40,080 bases of DNA from Clostridiales bacterium (GCA_017513085.1 JAFWDK010000034.1:1-40080); one strand, 5' to 3'. Shown: positions 1 to 9,506, numbered from the stretch's first letter. A program made the numbers and translations. Notes: generated by a model from the letters alone, not told the origin.

Positions 1-37
1 AGCGTACATCCTGAGCCAGGATCAAACTCTCAATAAA
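1..37 (-). rRNA. rrs: 16S rRNA gene, 5' end only (runs off the left edge)
   Basis: Reverse complement of 1-30 is AGAGTTTGATCCTGGCTCAGGATGTACGCT, which is the universal 27F site (11-30) plus the start of helix 3. The 5' end at about 37 is estimated from E. coli numbering. Confidence 0.95.
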
Positions 38-134
38 ATTCTTGAGAGCCTTTTGGCTCTTTGTTTACTTGTTTTTTCAACTCTATGAATTGAACTATTG
101 GCTCGTATAAAAGTAGTAATTACTTTCTGCTCTT

Positions 135-153
135 CTATTCAATTTTCAAGGTC
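135..153 (-). promoter_or_regulatory. rrn leader boxA-like / processing-stalk sequence
   Basis: Minus strand reads GACCTTGAAAATTGAATA between the promoter and 16S, resembling the Firmicute rrn leader motif CTTTGAAAACT. Confidence 0.6.
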
Positions 154-187
154 CGTTCGCGTTCGCTCTCTCGCGAAGCGCTCATAT

Positions 188-248
188 ATAGTATCACGAG
201 GTATAGGTAGTGTCAACACCTTTTTTGATATTTTTTCATTCTTTTTTT
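188..248 (-). promoter_or_regulatory. sigma-A rRNA operon promoter with UP element
   Basis: TTGACA (211-216), 17 bp spacer, TG-n-TACTAT (188-193), and A-tracts upstream at 221-248 on the minus strand. Confidence 0.9.
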
Positions 249-367
249 CAAAGCCTGAAATCAGGGCATTTGCGGGTTCAAAAAATATCTCTTCTCCCGT
301 GAACCTGTTTATTATATTCGGAGATTTCTGTTTCGTCAAAGTCAGATCTCTGCTTCCTTTTTCCAAC

Positions 368-397
368 AAAAAGAGCTGCCTTCTGTGGCAGCTCCTT
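368..397 (-). terminator. Rho-independent terminator of the lipoprotein gene, insulating the rrn promoter
   Basis: Minus strand reads GAGCTGCC-acagaa-GGCAGCTC followed by TTTTT. Confidence 0.8.
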
Positions 398-472
398 GAT
401 CGGTTTGCATTATTACTTATAAAGATTGTTCGATAGATCTATTTACTACTATTATTATATAGAACCGATTGA

Positions 473-1090
473 TCAGATGGTGGATACTTTCAGTTCTTTG
501 CCCGTAAGATCCTGATAGTCCTTCTCAACGATACGATGATGATCCGGATTATCATCTCTTGCACAAAGGCTGACAAATGTATTTCCCATTACAAAGTACA
601 GTGACATGGAGTCCAGGTCATCCGTATCGCTCCAGATACCCAGGAAAGAACAACCTGTTGTCGTCTTACCTTGATCTTCTTTAGTGATACCGTCTGCCAG
701 GTCATGCATAGCCAGGCACCATGCCTCAGCAGTTGCCGGATTCTCAAACACGATGCACTGATAAGACAGTGCGCCATTCTCTGCAGATGCGTTCAGCGCA
801 CGGACAGGTTCATCGATACCTTCCAGATAATTGAAACGGTATTCCTGAAGTGCAATATCGTAGTCGTTCTTTCTGCAAAGATCTATAAAATCGCCGGCCA
901 GACCATCAAAGGAATTTCTGAAGTCTGCGCTGGTCGTCGGTTCCGTCGTGGATGACTCCACGACCGGTCTTGTTTTCTTGGTAGTTGTTTCAACTGTAGT
1001 AGGCGCTTCGGTAGTCGGATCTTTCTTAGTGCAAGCCACTCCAAAAAGCATCGCGGAAGCAAGCAGTATACTGATCAGTTTCTTCTTCAT
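473..1090 (-). CDS. Lipoprotein of unknown function with Thr-rich linker
   Basis: Start moved to ATG 1090 (GAGG SD upstream). MKKK plus hydrophobic stretch plus lipobox GVAC, then a T/P/E-rich linker and a globular domain of about 145 aa. Confidence 0.8.
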   Translation of the reverse strand: MKKKLISILLASAMLFGVACTKKDPTTEAPTTVETTTKKTRPVVESSTTEPTTSADFRNSFDGLAGDFIDLCRKNDYDIALQEYRFNYLEGIDEPVRALNASAENGALSYQCIVFENPATAEAWCLAMHDLADGITKEDQGKTTTGCSFLGIWSDTDDLDSMSLYFVMGNTFVSLCARDDNPDHHRIVEKDYQDLTGKELKVSTI

Positions 1091-1425
1091 GCATATGTCC
1101 TCTCTTATGAAATAGATATTTCTGAAAATATTATACCATCTATTCGATCTTGAATTATGATTATTCTGCAACAATTTCGAGTCATCTCCCGACCTTATGT
1201 ATACTAGTATTTCATATTTTCGTATACTTTTCGCATATCTAGAAATGCATTTTGAGGTATGGTTTTATGCACATAATGCTATTTGCTTTTTTGGCGTTGT
1301 CATTGAGAAAAAATCATATTAAAATACGCTTGCCAGATTTTGCGAGTGTCGTATTTATGCTTTACATATGAAGCTTGCGATTCGACAGATTTTTATATTT
1401 CAGATTATTTTGGGAGTTGGTAGAA

Positions 1426-2379
1426 ATGAAAGTAAAACACGGTTCTAAGGTAGCAATTATTGGAGCAGGTGCAGTCGGATCTTCCATCGCTTTTGCAATG
1501 GCTATCCAGCAGTTATGCACAGAACTGGTCTTGATCGACGTAAATCAGGACAAGGCACAGGGCGAGGCTTTGGATATCAGCCATGGTCTTCCGTTCCTCG
1601 GCCAGATGGACATCTACGCAGGTGATTATGAAGATGTAAAAGATTGTGATCTGATCATCATCACAGCAGGCATTCCGAGAAAGCCTGGCGAGACACGTCT
1701 GGATCTGGCAAAGAAAAATGTCGGTCTTGCGAAGAAGATCACAACAAGCATTATGGAGCACTATACCACAGGTAATATCCTGGTCGTATCCAATCCGGTC
1801 GATGTTCTGACCTACATGATCGCAAAGTGGTCCGGTCTTCCGAGAAACCGTGTTCTTGGCTCCGGTACCGTTTTGGACAGTGCCCGTTTCCGTATCCTTA
1901 TCTCCCAGAAACTTGATATTGATGTACGTAACGTACATGGTTACATCATCGGTGAACATGGTGATTCCCAGCTTCCTGCATGGAGCGCAACAAATATCGC
2001 CGGTCTTTCCATTGATGATTACTCTAAGACAACAGGTATTCCTTTCACTCAGGCTGACCGTATCGAGATTGCCGAGAAGACACGTTTTTCCGGCGCAGAG
2101 GTCATCAAGCTCAAGGGTGCAACTTTCGATGGTATTGCGGTTTCCGTTTCCACCATTGCCAAGTCTCTCCTCAAGGGCGAGAATACGATCCGTACCGTAG
2201 GCAGCGTGCTCTGCGGTGAATATGGCATTCAGGATGTAGCTACCAACGTTCCGACGATCATCGGTGCTGATGGTGTCGAGAAAGTCCTCGAGCTGGATCT
2301 TGATCCTCAGGAGCTCCGCTTCCTGCAGGCTTCCGCTGAATCCGTCAAGAAGATCCTTGATGAGGTGAAGGATCTCTAA
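1426..2379 (+). CDS. mdh: LDH/MDH-family dehydrogenase, probably malate dehydrogenase
   Basis: GAGAVG NAD fold, NPVD, LDSAR and GEHGDS. The loop TAGIPRKPGETRLDL has Arg at the specificity position (Gln in LDH). Start ATG 1426 follows GGGAG. Family confidence is high; the MDH assignment is inferred. Confidence 0.8.
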   Translation: MKVKHGSKVAIIGAGAVGSSIAFAMAIQQLCTELVLIDVNQDKAQGEALDISHGLPFLGQMDIYAGDYEDVKDCDLIIITAGIPRKPGETRLDLAKKNVGLAKKITTSIMEHYTTGNILVVSNPVDVLTYMIAKWSGLPRNRVLGSGTVLDSARFRILISQKLDIDVRNVHGYIIGEHGDSQLPAWSATNIAGLSIDDYSKTTGIPFTQADRIEIAEKTRFSGAEVIKLKGATFDGIAVSVSTIAKSLLKGENTIRTVGSVLCGEYGIQDVATNVPTIIGADGVEKVLELDLDPQELRFLQASAESVKKILDEVKDL

Positions 2380-2416
2380 TCAAGATCTGATTCAGTTCTT
2401 TTCATAAACGATTATT

Positions 2417-2449
2417 TGAGCTGCCTCATTTGAAGCAGCTCATTTTTTT
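2417..2449 (+). terminator. Intrinsic terminator between mdh and mgtA
   Basis: TGAGCTGC-10 nt-GCAGCTCA followed by T7, ending directly at the mgtA SD. Confidence 0.75.
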
Positions 2450-2459
2450 GGAGGGATCA

Positions 2460-5093
2460 ATGGCCAGAAGAAACACCGATGCCAAAACACAGGAGCGTAA
2501 GGTCGAAGTCGAGAGAAACCTTGCCCGGCTCAGCGCGATCTCAGATCAGGAGCTTTATGAGGAGCTTCATTCTTCTGAAGACGGATTGAATCAGGTGGAA
2601 GCCAGTGAGCGGCTGGATGAGTACGGACGGAATATTATTGACAGTAATAATCAGAACAGTCTTTTGCATCGCGTCCGGGAAGCGATCATTAATCCGTTTA
2701 ATATCGTTTTGCTTGTCGTTTCGATCATAACGCTTGTTACTGATGTCATCATCGCCGATGAACCGAACTGGGCCACCTTTTTGATGCTGGTCTTCGTCGT
2801 GGCGGTCTCATCGGTCATTTCTTTTGTTCAGTCCGCCAAATCAAACTCTGCGGCCTCGAAACTTCAGAAAATGATCAGTAACCGTATCGATGTGATCCGA
2901 AACGGAAGTGTTCTGGAAGTGGATATGGAAGAAGTCGTTCCGGGCGATATCGTCAAGCTCGCATCCGGAGATATGCTTCCGGGTGATGTGCGTTTTATCG
3001 AGACGAAAGACTTATTCATTGATCAGTCCCAGTTGACCGGCGAGAGCAATCCTGTCGAGAAGTTCGGAGGTCCGGATCCGACAGGCAGTGAGATCTCTGA
3101 ACTGAACAACCTTGGGTTCATGGGAAGCAATATCGTTTCGGGAAGTGCAAAGGCTATTATTCTGACAACAGGAAATGAGACTTATTTCGGGAGCATGGCG
3201 AAGAGCCTGAATACTTTTAAAGAAAAGAGCAGTTTCGAGCAGAATATCGATTCCATCAGCCGGCTTCTTATTTCTTTCATGGTCGTTATGGTTCCGGTCA
3301 TCTTCATTGCAAATTTCTTTACTAAGGGAAGCTGGCTGGATTCTCTTATCTTTGGCGTCACGATTGCAGTAGGTATCATGCCGGAGATGCTTCCGGTCAT
3401 AATGACCTCGTCTTTGGCAAAAGGCGCGGTGAATATGTCCCGAAAAGAGACGATCGTGAAGCGTCTGGGCGCAATCCAGATCTTCGGGGAGATGGATGTG
3501 CTTTGCACGGACAAGACCGGTACTCTGACGCAGGATGAGATCGTCCTGGAAAAGTATATGGATGTTTTGGGACGTGAGGATAAGCGCGTGCTTCGTCATG
3601 CGTTCATGAACAGTTATTTCCAGACAGGGTTGAAGAATCTGATGGATGTGGCCATCATCAACCGAGGTGAAAAAGAGGATCTTTCCCCTCTCAAAGAGAC
3701 TTACATCCGCGAAGACGAGATCCCGTTCGACTTTTCCCGTCGCCGTATGAGCGTGGTGCTTCGCGATCCTAACGGTAAGCGTCAACTGGTAACCAAAGGT
3801 GCTGTGGAAGAGATCCTTTCCATCTGCAGTTTTATTGAGATCGATGGCGAAGTCAAGCCGATCACTCCAGAGCTGATCGAGAACGCGCAGAAACTCGCGC
3901 ACGAGAACAACCTGGAAGGCATCCGTGTGATTGCTGTTGCGCAGAAGAACGAGATCCACGACGTAAATACTTTTGGAGTGGATGACGAGTCGGATATGGT
4001 TCTGATCGGTTTCGTCGGATTCCTGGACCCTCCGAAACCATCTGCAGAATCCGCGCTGGCCGCACTCCATAAAAACGGTGTGCGCACAGTCGTCCTGACC
4101 GGTGATACGGAAGGTGTTGCCATCAACATCTGCGGCAGACTCGGTATTCCTACCGACTACACGCTGACCGGCTCCAAAGTCGACGAATTGGACGACGAAC
4201 AGTTGAAAGAAGCCTGTGAAAAGTGTCACATCTTCTCTAAACTCTCTCCTTATCAGAAACAACGCGTCGTCAGTGCTTTTCAGGCAGGCGGACACGTAGT
4301 CGGATATATGGGTGACGGCATTAACGACAGTTTGCCGTTGAAGCAGGCGGATGTCGGTATCTCCGTGGATACAGCAGTAGATATCGCGAAGGAAGTCGCG
4401 GACATTATTCTTCTGGAGAAAGACCTGAATGTGCTGGACGAGGGTGTTCTCGAAGGCAGAAAGACTTTCGCGAACATGTCCAAGTACTTGAAGATGTCAG
4501 TAAGCGGAAACTTCGGAAATATGTTTTCTGTCTTGATTGCCAGTTTATTCCTTCCCTTCCTGCCTTTGCTTCCGGTTCATATCCTTGTGCAGAATATTCT
4601 GAACGATTTTGCCCAGCTTGGCATGCCTTTCGACCATGTGGAGAGCGAGAGCATCCTTCTTCCTAAAAAGTGGAATATCGGCGGCATCAAGAAGTTTATG
4701 GTCATTTTCGGACTTCTCAGTACGGTTTTGGATGTCGTCTGCTTCTTGATCATGTGGTATGTCTTCAAGTTTAACACGATCGATAAAGCCGGCTTCTTCC
4801 AGTGTGGATGGTTCATGTTTGGTGTCATTTCGCAGACGGTGGTCATCCATACGATCCGGACACCGAAGCTTCCGTTCATCAAAGATCGTGCATCGATCCA
4901 GCTGACGATCTCCACTCTCTTGATCGTTCTGGTCACTCTTCTCATCGGCTTTACCGGTCTTGCCGGAATATTCGATCTTCCGGTCATGCTCCCGTCGTTC
5001 GGACTTTGGCTCTTCGGTATGATGATCCTTTATACCGTCCTGGCTCAGATACTGAAAAAAGTATATATCCGCATGAACAAAGAATGGGTCTGA
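2460..5093 (+). CDS. mgtA: Mg2+-translocating P-type ATPase (P3B)
   Basis: TGES, PEMLP (P3B signature), DKTGT phosphorylation site, TGD and GDGIND. ATG 2460 follows GGAGGG. Confidence 0.93.
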   Translation: MARRNTDAKTQERKVEVERNLARLSAISDQELYEELHSSEDGLNQVEASERLDEYGRNIIDSNNQNSLLHRVREAIINPFNIVLLVVSIITLVTDVIIADEPNWATFLMLVFVVAVSSVISFVQSAKSNSAASKLQKMISNRIDVIRNGSVLEVDMEEVVPGDIVKLASGDMLPGDVRFIETKDLFIDQSQLTGESNPVEKFGGPDPTGSEISELNNLGFMGSNIVSGSAKAIILTTGNETYFGSMAKSLNTFKEKSSFEQNIDSISRLLISFMVVMVPVIFIANFFTKGSWLDSLIFGVTIAVGIMPEMLPVIMTSSLAKGAVNMSRKETIVKRLGAIQIFGEMDVLCTDKTGTLTQDEIVLEKYMDVLGREDKRVLRHAFMNSYFQTGLKNLMDVAIINRGEKEDLSPLKETYIREDEIPFDFSRRRMSVVLRDPNGKRQLVTKGAVEEILSICSFIEIDGEVKPITPELIENAQKLAHENNLEGIRVIAVAQKNEIHDVNTFGVDDESDMVLIGFVGFLDPPKPSAESALAALHKNGVRTVVLTGDTEGVAINICGRLGIPTDYTLTGSKVDELDDEQLKEACEKCHIFSKLSPYQKQRVVSAFQAGGHVVGYMGDGINDSLPLKQADVGISVDTAVDIAKEVADIILLEKDLNVLDEGVLEGRKTFANMSKYLKMSVSGNFGNMFSVLIASLFLPFLPLLPVHILVQNILNDFAQLGMPFDHVESESILLPKKWNIGGIKKFMVIFGLLSTVLDVVCFLIMWYVFKFNTIDKAGFFQCGWFMFGVISQTVVIHTIRTPKLPFIKDRASIQLTISTLLIVLVTLLIGFTGLAGIFDLPVMLPSFGLWLFGMMILYTVLAQILKKVYIRMNKEWV

Positions 5094-5110
5094 TCAGATC
5101 TTCAACCCAC

Positions 5111-5157
5111 AAACAAAAGGCGGCCGCTTCGTGAAGTGACCGCCAGTTTTTTTGTTT
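5111..5157. terminator. Probable bidirectional terminator between convergent mgtA and dac
   Basis: GGCGG..CTTC-gt-GAAG..CCGCC hairpin flanked by an A-tract and a T-tract. Confidence 0.7.
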
Positions 5158-5167
5158 GTTTTATCCG

Positions 5168-6646
5168 TTACAGGATCTTGCGGATCCCCATCTTCTTTCT
5201 GCGCTTTCTGATCCGCATGGCGGAAGCAAAAGTGATGATGACCAGACCGGTTACGATCACAGCCAGAACGATCAATACGATGACTAAAGCCGGATGCTCT
5301 TCGAAGAGAGACTTGGATGACTCTTCCGGAACCGGAGTAACTGCCGGCACACTGGTCGGAGTCGGATCTGCCGCAACAGTCGGGATCGGAGTCGGGGTTC
5401 CGATCTGGATCAGGGATTTATCTCCCGTCGCTTCCTGGCCCTTCGGCGCATTGTATGTGCGATAGTCCATGATATTACCTTTGACACGCACTACAGGATC
5501 CGCGTTCCAGCAGGCATCGTGTGCTGCATTGACTACAGTGGCGACATAGACAGTCTGGTGGTCCGACATGCTGTATGGAATACCACATACTGCGGTAATG
5601 ATCTCATGTCCATTCTCATTGATCGTCAGAACCGTCATACCGGTTCCGGCTGTCTTGGTCGTACCGGTCTTTCCTCCGAACACTTCGATGCAGTGCGTAT
5701 CCTCGCCCAGGATCCAAGGATCGGTAAGTAGGTTATTGGTATTCTTTACGACCTTCCAACCATCAAAAGGATGCTTGTTGTCTGCTTTAAAGAAGTGAGT
5801 CGGTGTGCGGATGACCGTGCGGAAATCCTCAAACTGCAAAGCATAGTCGAACATGAGGGCAAGTTCTTTTGCCGTAGTGTAGTGCGACTCATTCTGCAAT
5901 CCGTTCGGATTGATAAAATGCGAGTTGGTAAGACCAAGCTGCGCAATCTTCTCATTAGCCACTCTTGCAAACTGTCCGATCAACGACATCGTCGGGGGAT
6001 TGGTAACCTTTCCGTCTTCGCCGACAGTCGGTGTCAAAGTCGGGAGCGGGTTCTTCGCTGCACGGTGCTTGGCGATCTCTTCGGCCAGGACGTTGGCCGC
6101 GTCGTTACCGGAAGGAAGCATCAGACCAAAGTAGAGTTCATTGACCTCGATCTCTTCTCCGACTTCCAGTCCCATCATGGTGGAGTTCGGCGTAGTAGCA
6201 TTCATTGCCGTCTTGCTGACCGTAACGATCTCATGCGGATCCAGATATTCCATAGCCAATGCCAAAGTCAGGATCTTCGTCATGCTCGCCGGATAGATCT
6301 TCTTATCTTCGCTCTTTGCCAGAAGCACCTCCTTGGTCGTTCTGTCGTAGCAAAAATAGGAAGCGCACTGCACCTGATCCAAAGTCGGGAGCTGCAGGTT
6401 TTGCTGACCAACTTCACCGGTATTGCCGAAATCGGAAGGAACGGTAGTTTCTCCTGATATCTCCTGTTGTGAAGTTGCCGCTGTGGTCCCTTCTGTTGCG
6501 GAAGTCGTATCACTAGACGTCGTAGGATCTGCCCAGACGCTGTGAAAAGCACTTATGGCAATAAGCAACGTTGCCACCGCAGTCTTCCATCCCTTTCCAT
6601 GCAGGCTGCGGCGTGCGCGGCTTCCGTTTCCTCTCTTATGTAACAT
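5168..6646 (-). CDS. D-alanyl-D-alanine carboxypeptidase (peptidase S11), C-terminally membrane-anchored
   Basis: SMTK, SGN and KTG motifs, signal peptide, Thr-rich N-linker, PT linker, C-terminal TM helix and basic tail. Confidence 0.9.
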   Translation of the reverse strand: MLHKRGNGSRARRSLHGKGWKTAVATLLIAISAFHSVWADPTTSSDTTSATEGTTAATSQQEISGETTVPSDFGNTGEVGQQNLQLPTLDQVQCASYFCYDRTTKEVLLAKSEDKKIYPASMTKILTLALAMEYLDPHEIVTVSKTAMNATTPNSTMMGLEVGEEIEVNELYFGLMLPSGNDAANVLAEEIAKHRAAKNPLPTLTPTVGEDGKVTNPPTMSLIGQFARVANEKIAQLGLTNSHFINPNGLQNESHYTTAKELALMFDYALQFEDFRTVIRTPTHFFKADNKHPFDGWKVVKNTNNLLTDPWILGEDTHCIEVFGGKTGTTKTAGTGMTVLTINENGHEIITAVCGIPYSMSDHQTVYVATVVNAAHDACWNADPVVRVKGNIMDYRTYNAPKGQEATGDKSLIQIGTPTPIPTVAADPTPTSVPAVTPVPEESSKSLFEEHPALVIVLIVLAVIVTGLVIITFASAMRIRKRRKKMGIRKIL

Positions 6647-6684
6647 GTATTGTGTTTCTCCTTTAGAATGCTCGCAAGAGCGGA

Positions 6685-9339
6685 TCAGGCCTCAGGCTGT
6701 TCCGTCTCTGCGATGTTTTCTTCGGAAGTCTGCTCAGCTGCTGTCTCATTATTGTCTACTTCCGCATTACCTTCGGAAAGCTTCAGGTCCTCATTTTCTC
6801 CTTCAGCAGTTTCCTCGGTCTCTTCTTCGTGGTCGACTACGGCCACGTCAACGATCAGGCTTCCCTTCGAGCGCATGAGCGTAACGCCCTGCGTAACTCT
6901 GGAAAGAACCGGGATCTCCTTGGCCCATAGACGGATCACAATGCCGTCATCGTTGATGATCAGGATATCCTTGTCGTCATCAACGAGCAATGCACGGACA
7001 AGTGGTCCTGTCTTATCTGCTACACGGTAGGTCATCAGACCCTTACCGCCACGGGACTGCACACGATACTCATCAAGTTCGGAACGCTTTCCGAATCCCT
7101 TTTCCGCGATAACCAGGAGATTCTGATTATCTACAACCGGCGCCATTCCGATAACGGCATCGTCATCACGAAGCGTAATGCCCTTCACACCCATAGTGTT
7201 TCGTCCGGTGTTACGGACACAATTCTCATTGAACCGGATCGAGAAACCGTTTCTGGTAACCAGTACGATCTCCTGATTTCCATCTGTCAGATGCACGCCT
7301 ACCAATTCGTCCTCTTCCCGGATATTGATAGCGATCAGACCGCTCTTGTTGATACGGGAATAATCCATCAGGTTGGTCTTCTTCACAACACCTTCACGGG
7401 TCGCCATCGTGAGGAAAGCACCCTCTGTGAATTCCTTGATCGGAATAATGGTACGGATCTTCTCCTCTGCTTCCAGCTGCAGCAGGTTGACTACCGCTGT
7501 ACCCTTCGCGGAACGGCCGGCCTCCGGGATCTGGTAACCCTTCATGCGGAACACACGGCCACGGTTGGTAAAGCAAAGAAGGATATCATGTGTGGAAGAT
7601 GTAATGATCTTCGTAACATAGTCTTCTTCGTGAGTGGCCAGGCCTGAAATACCACGGCCTCCGCGATGCTGGCTTCTGTATGTATCGATCGGCATACGCT
7701 TCACATAGCCCAGGTGAGTCAGCGTGATCACGATCTGTTCTTCCTGGATCAAAGATTCGTCATCGATCTCATCTTCATCCGGCGGACCGATCTCTGTTCT
7801 TCTTTCTTCGAAATACTTCTTCTTGATCTCGAGGATCTCGTCCTTGATAACTTTACGGAGCAGAGTCTCATCGTCAATAACATTGCGGAAATAAGCAATA
7901 CGCTCGTCCAGTTCTCTTGCCTCGGCTTCGAGCTTTTCTCTTTCCAGACCGGTAAGACGACCCAGACGCATATCAACGATGTGCTGCGCCTGCTTGTCAG
8001 AGAAACCGAAACGCTCACAGAGTCTCGCCTTAGCCTGTTCCTCTGTACGGGAAGAACGGATGATCTGAATAACCTCATCGATATTATCGATCGCAATCAG
8101 AAGGCCTTCCACGATGTGTTTACGGGCAAGTGCTTTTTCCAGGTCATACTTGGTACGGCGCAAAACGACATCTTCCTGATGCGCCACGTAATAAGTCAGC
8201 GCGTCAAGCAGATTGATGGTCTTCGGTTCCAGACGGCCTTCGCTGTCCGGGACCAGAGCCAGCATATTGGCGCAGAATGCGTCCTGGATCTGGGAATTCT
8301 TATAAAGCTGATTCAGTACCACATTGGCATTTGCATCACGGCGGAGTTCAATAACAATGCGCACTTTCTCGTTACGGTCAGACTCGTCGCGGATATCGGA
8401 GATACCTTCGATCTTCTTCTCCTTGACCAGCTCGGCGATCTTCTCGATCAGGCGGGCTTTATTGACCATATACGGCAGGTCATGCACGATGATACGGGCA
8501 CGGCCATTGCTCATGACTTCGATATCGGTGTGGGCACGTACTACGATACGGCCTTTACCGGTCCTGTATGTATCGTTAATGCCCCGGCGACCGAGGATCA
8601 TGCCGCCTGTCGGGAAGTCAGGGCCCTTGACTACAGTCATGAGGTCATCGATCGTGGCTTCCGGATTATCCAGGAGCATGACAACACCATCGATCACTTC
8701 GCCCATGTTATGCGGCGGGATATTCGTCGCCATACCTACAGCGATACCGACAGAACCATTTACCAGAAGATTCGGAAAACGTGACGGAAGCGCAACAGGC
8801 TCAACATCATGTTCATCAAAGTTCGGGCGGAAGTCGACCGTACCCTTGTTAATGTCGCTCATCATTTCCATGGCGACCTTCTGTAGTCTTGCCTCTGTAT
8901 AACGGTAAGCAGCCGGCGGGTCACCGTCCATGGAACCGAAGTTACCATGTCCTTCTACCAGCATATAACGCATGGAAAAGTCCTGTGCGAGACGTACGAG
9001 GGCATCATATACGGATGCGTCGCCATGCGGATGGAAACGGCCGAGCACGTCACCTACGGTAGTCGCGCACTTACGATATGGCTTATCCGGCGTAAATCCC
9101 TGTGTGTACATGGAGTACAGGATCCTTCTATGTACCGGCTTCAAACCATCCCGGATATCCGGCAAAGCACGGTCAGAAATAACACTCATCGCATAATCGA
9201 TGAAGGATTTCTTCATTTCTTTTTCAAGATCCACCGGTATGATCGTGGTCTGTTCGGAACAGAAAATCGCGTCAACTTCGGCTTCCTGCTGCTTTCTCAG
9301 ATCCTTCCCGGATAAGTTCTCATTTGTAGAATCAGACAT
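6685..9339 (-). CDS. gyrA: DNA gyrase subunit A
   Basis: RALPDIRDGLKPVHRR, HPHGD, AAYRYTE catalytic Tyr, GyrA-box QHRGGRG (distinguishes it from ParC), pinwheel CTD and acidic tail. Confidence 0.97.
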   Translation of the reverse strand: MSDSTNENLSGKDLRKQQEAEVDAIFCSEQTTIIPVDLEKEMKKSFIDYAMSVISDRALPDIRDGLKPVHRRILYSMYTQGFTPDKPYRKCATTVGDVLGRFHPHGDASVYDALVRLAQDFSMRYMLVEGHGNFGSMDGDPPAAYRYTEARLQKVAMEMMSDINKGTVDFRPNFDEHDVEPVALPSRFPNLLVNGSVGIAVGMATNIPPHNMGEVIDGVVMLLDNPEATIDDLMTVVKGPDFPTGGMILGRRGINDTYRTGKGRIVVRAHTDIEVMSNGRARIIVHDLPYMVNKARLIEKIAELVKEKKIEGISDIRDESDRNEKVRIVIELRRDANANVVLNQLYKNSQIQDAFCANMLALVPDSEGRLEPKTINLLDALTYYVAHQEDVVLRRTKYDLEKALARKHIVEGLLIAIDNIDEVIQIIRSSRTEEQAKARLCERFGFSDKQAQHIVDMRLGRLTGLEREKLEAEARELDERIAYFRNVIDDETLLRKVIKDEILEIKKKYFEERRTEIGPPDEDEIDDESLIQEEQIVITLTHLGYVKRMPIDTYRSQHRGGRGISGLATHEEDYVTKIITSSTHDILLCFTNRGRVFRMKGYQIPEAGRSAKGTAVVNLLQLEAEEKIRTIIPIKEFTEGAFLTMATREGVVKKTNLMDYSRINKSGLIAINIREEDELVGVHLTDGNQEIVLVTRNGFSIRFNENCVRNTGRNTMGVKGITLRDDDAVIGMAPVVDNQNLLVIAEKGFGKRSELDEYRVQSRGGKGLMTYRVADKTGPLVRALLVDDDKDILIINDDGIVIRLWAKEIPVLSRVTQGVTLMRSKGSLIVDVAVVDHEEETEETAEGENEDLKLSEGNAEVDNNETAAEQTSEENIAETEQPEA

Positions 9340-9452
9340 CAGTCTTCCTCCCTTATTCCTTATTACAAATAGTCACCCAACTATTTTACCACAACAACCC
9401 GTTTTTCGGTGGTCAAAATCAAACTTTTTGTATAGAATAAATGCGAAATCTT

Positions 9453-9481
9453 TGCAACAGATTTCAAGACTGTCTCGTCTA
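9453..9481 (+). promoter_or_regulatory. Candidate ECF-sigma autoregulatory promoter
   Basis: TGCAAC (9453-9458), 17 bp, CGTCTA (9476-9481), about 25 bp upstream of the sigma start. Fits the AAC...CGT pattern of SigV/SigW/SigX-type promoters. Confidence 0.65.
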
Positions 9482-9506
9482 ATAATTGAAGCAGAAAGGG
9501 AGCAAG

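Noticed and set aside
98-436. ORFs 98-436 (+) and 139-369 (-)
   Set aside because: They overlap the rrn promoter, leader and a terminator, with no SD or protein-like motifs.
1265-1273. TTATGCACA DnaA-box-like 9-mers (also 1513-1521) as a possible oriC
   Set aside because: Isolated matches, one inside mdh; no box cluster and no dnaA.
1295-1322. Possible Rex operator upstream of mdh
   Set aside because: Only one half-site (TTGAGAA) resembles the consensus and the palindrome is poor.
373-2442. Shared GAGCTGC/GCAGCTC stems at 373-394 and 2417-2442 as a REP-like family
   Set aside because: Only two copies with different loops; adequately explained as ordinary terminators.
3012-4295. Long antisense ORFs (also 7666-8784, 12985-14001, 18514-19479, 23925-25097, 27669-28862)
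   Set aside because: Shadows of well-supported genes caused by codon bias; no motifs or SDs.
9383-9416. TTGACC as -35 of the gyrA promoter
   Set aside because: It is 22 bp from the TG-n-TAAAAT -10, too far; only the extended -10 is plausible.
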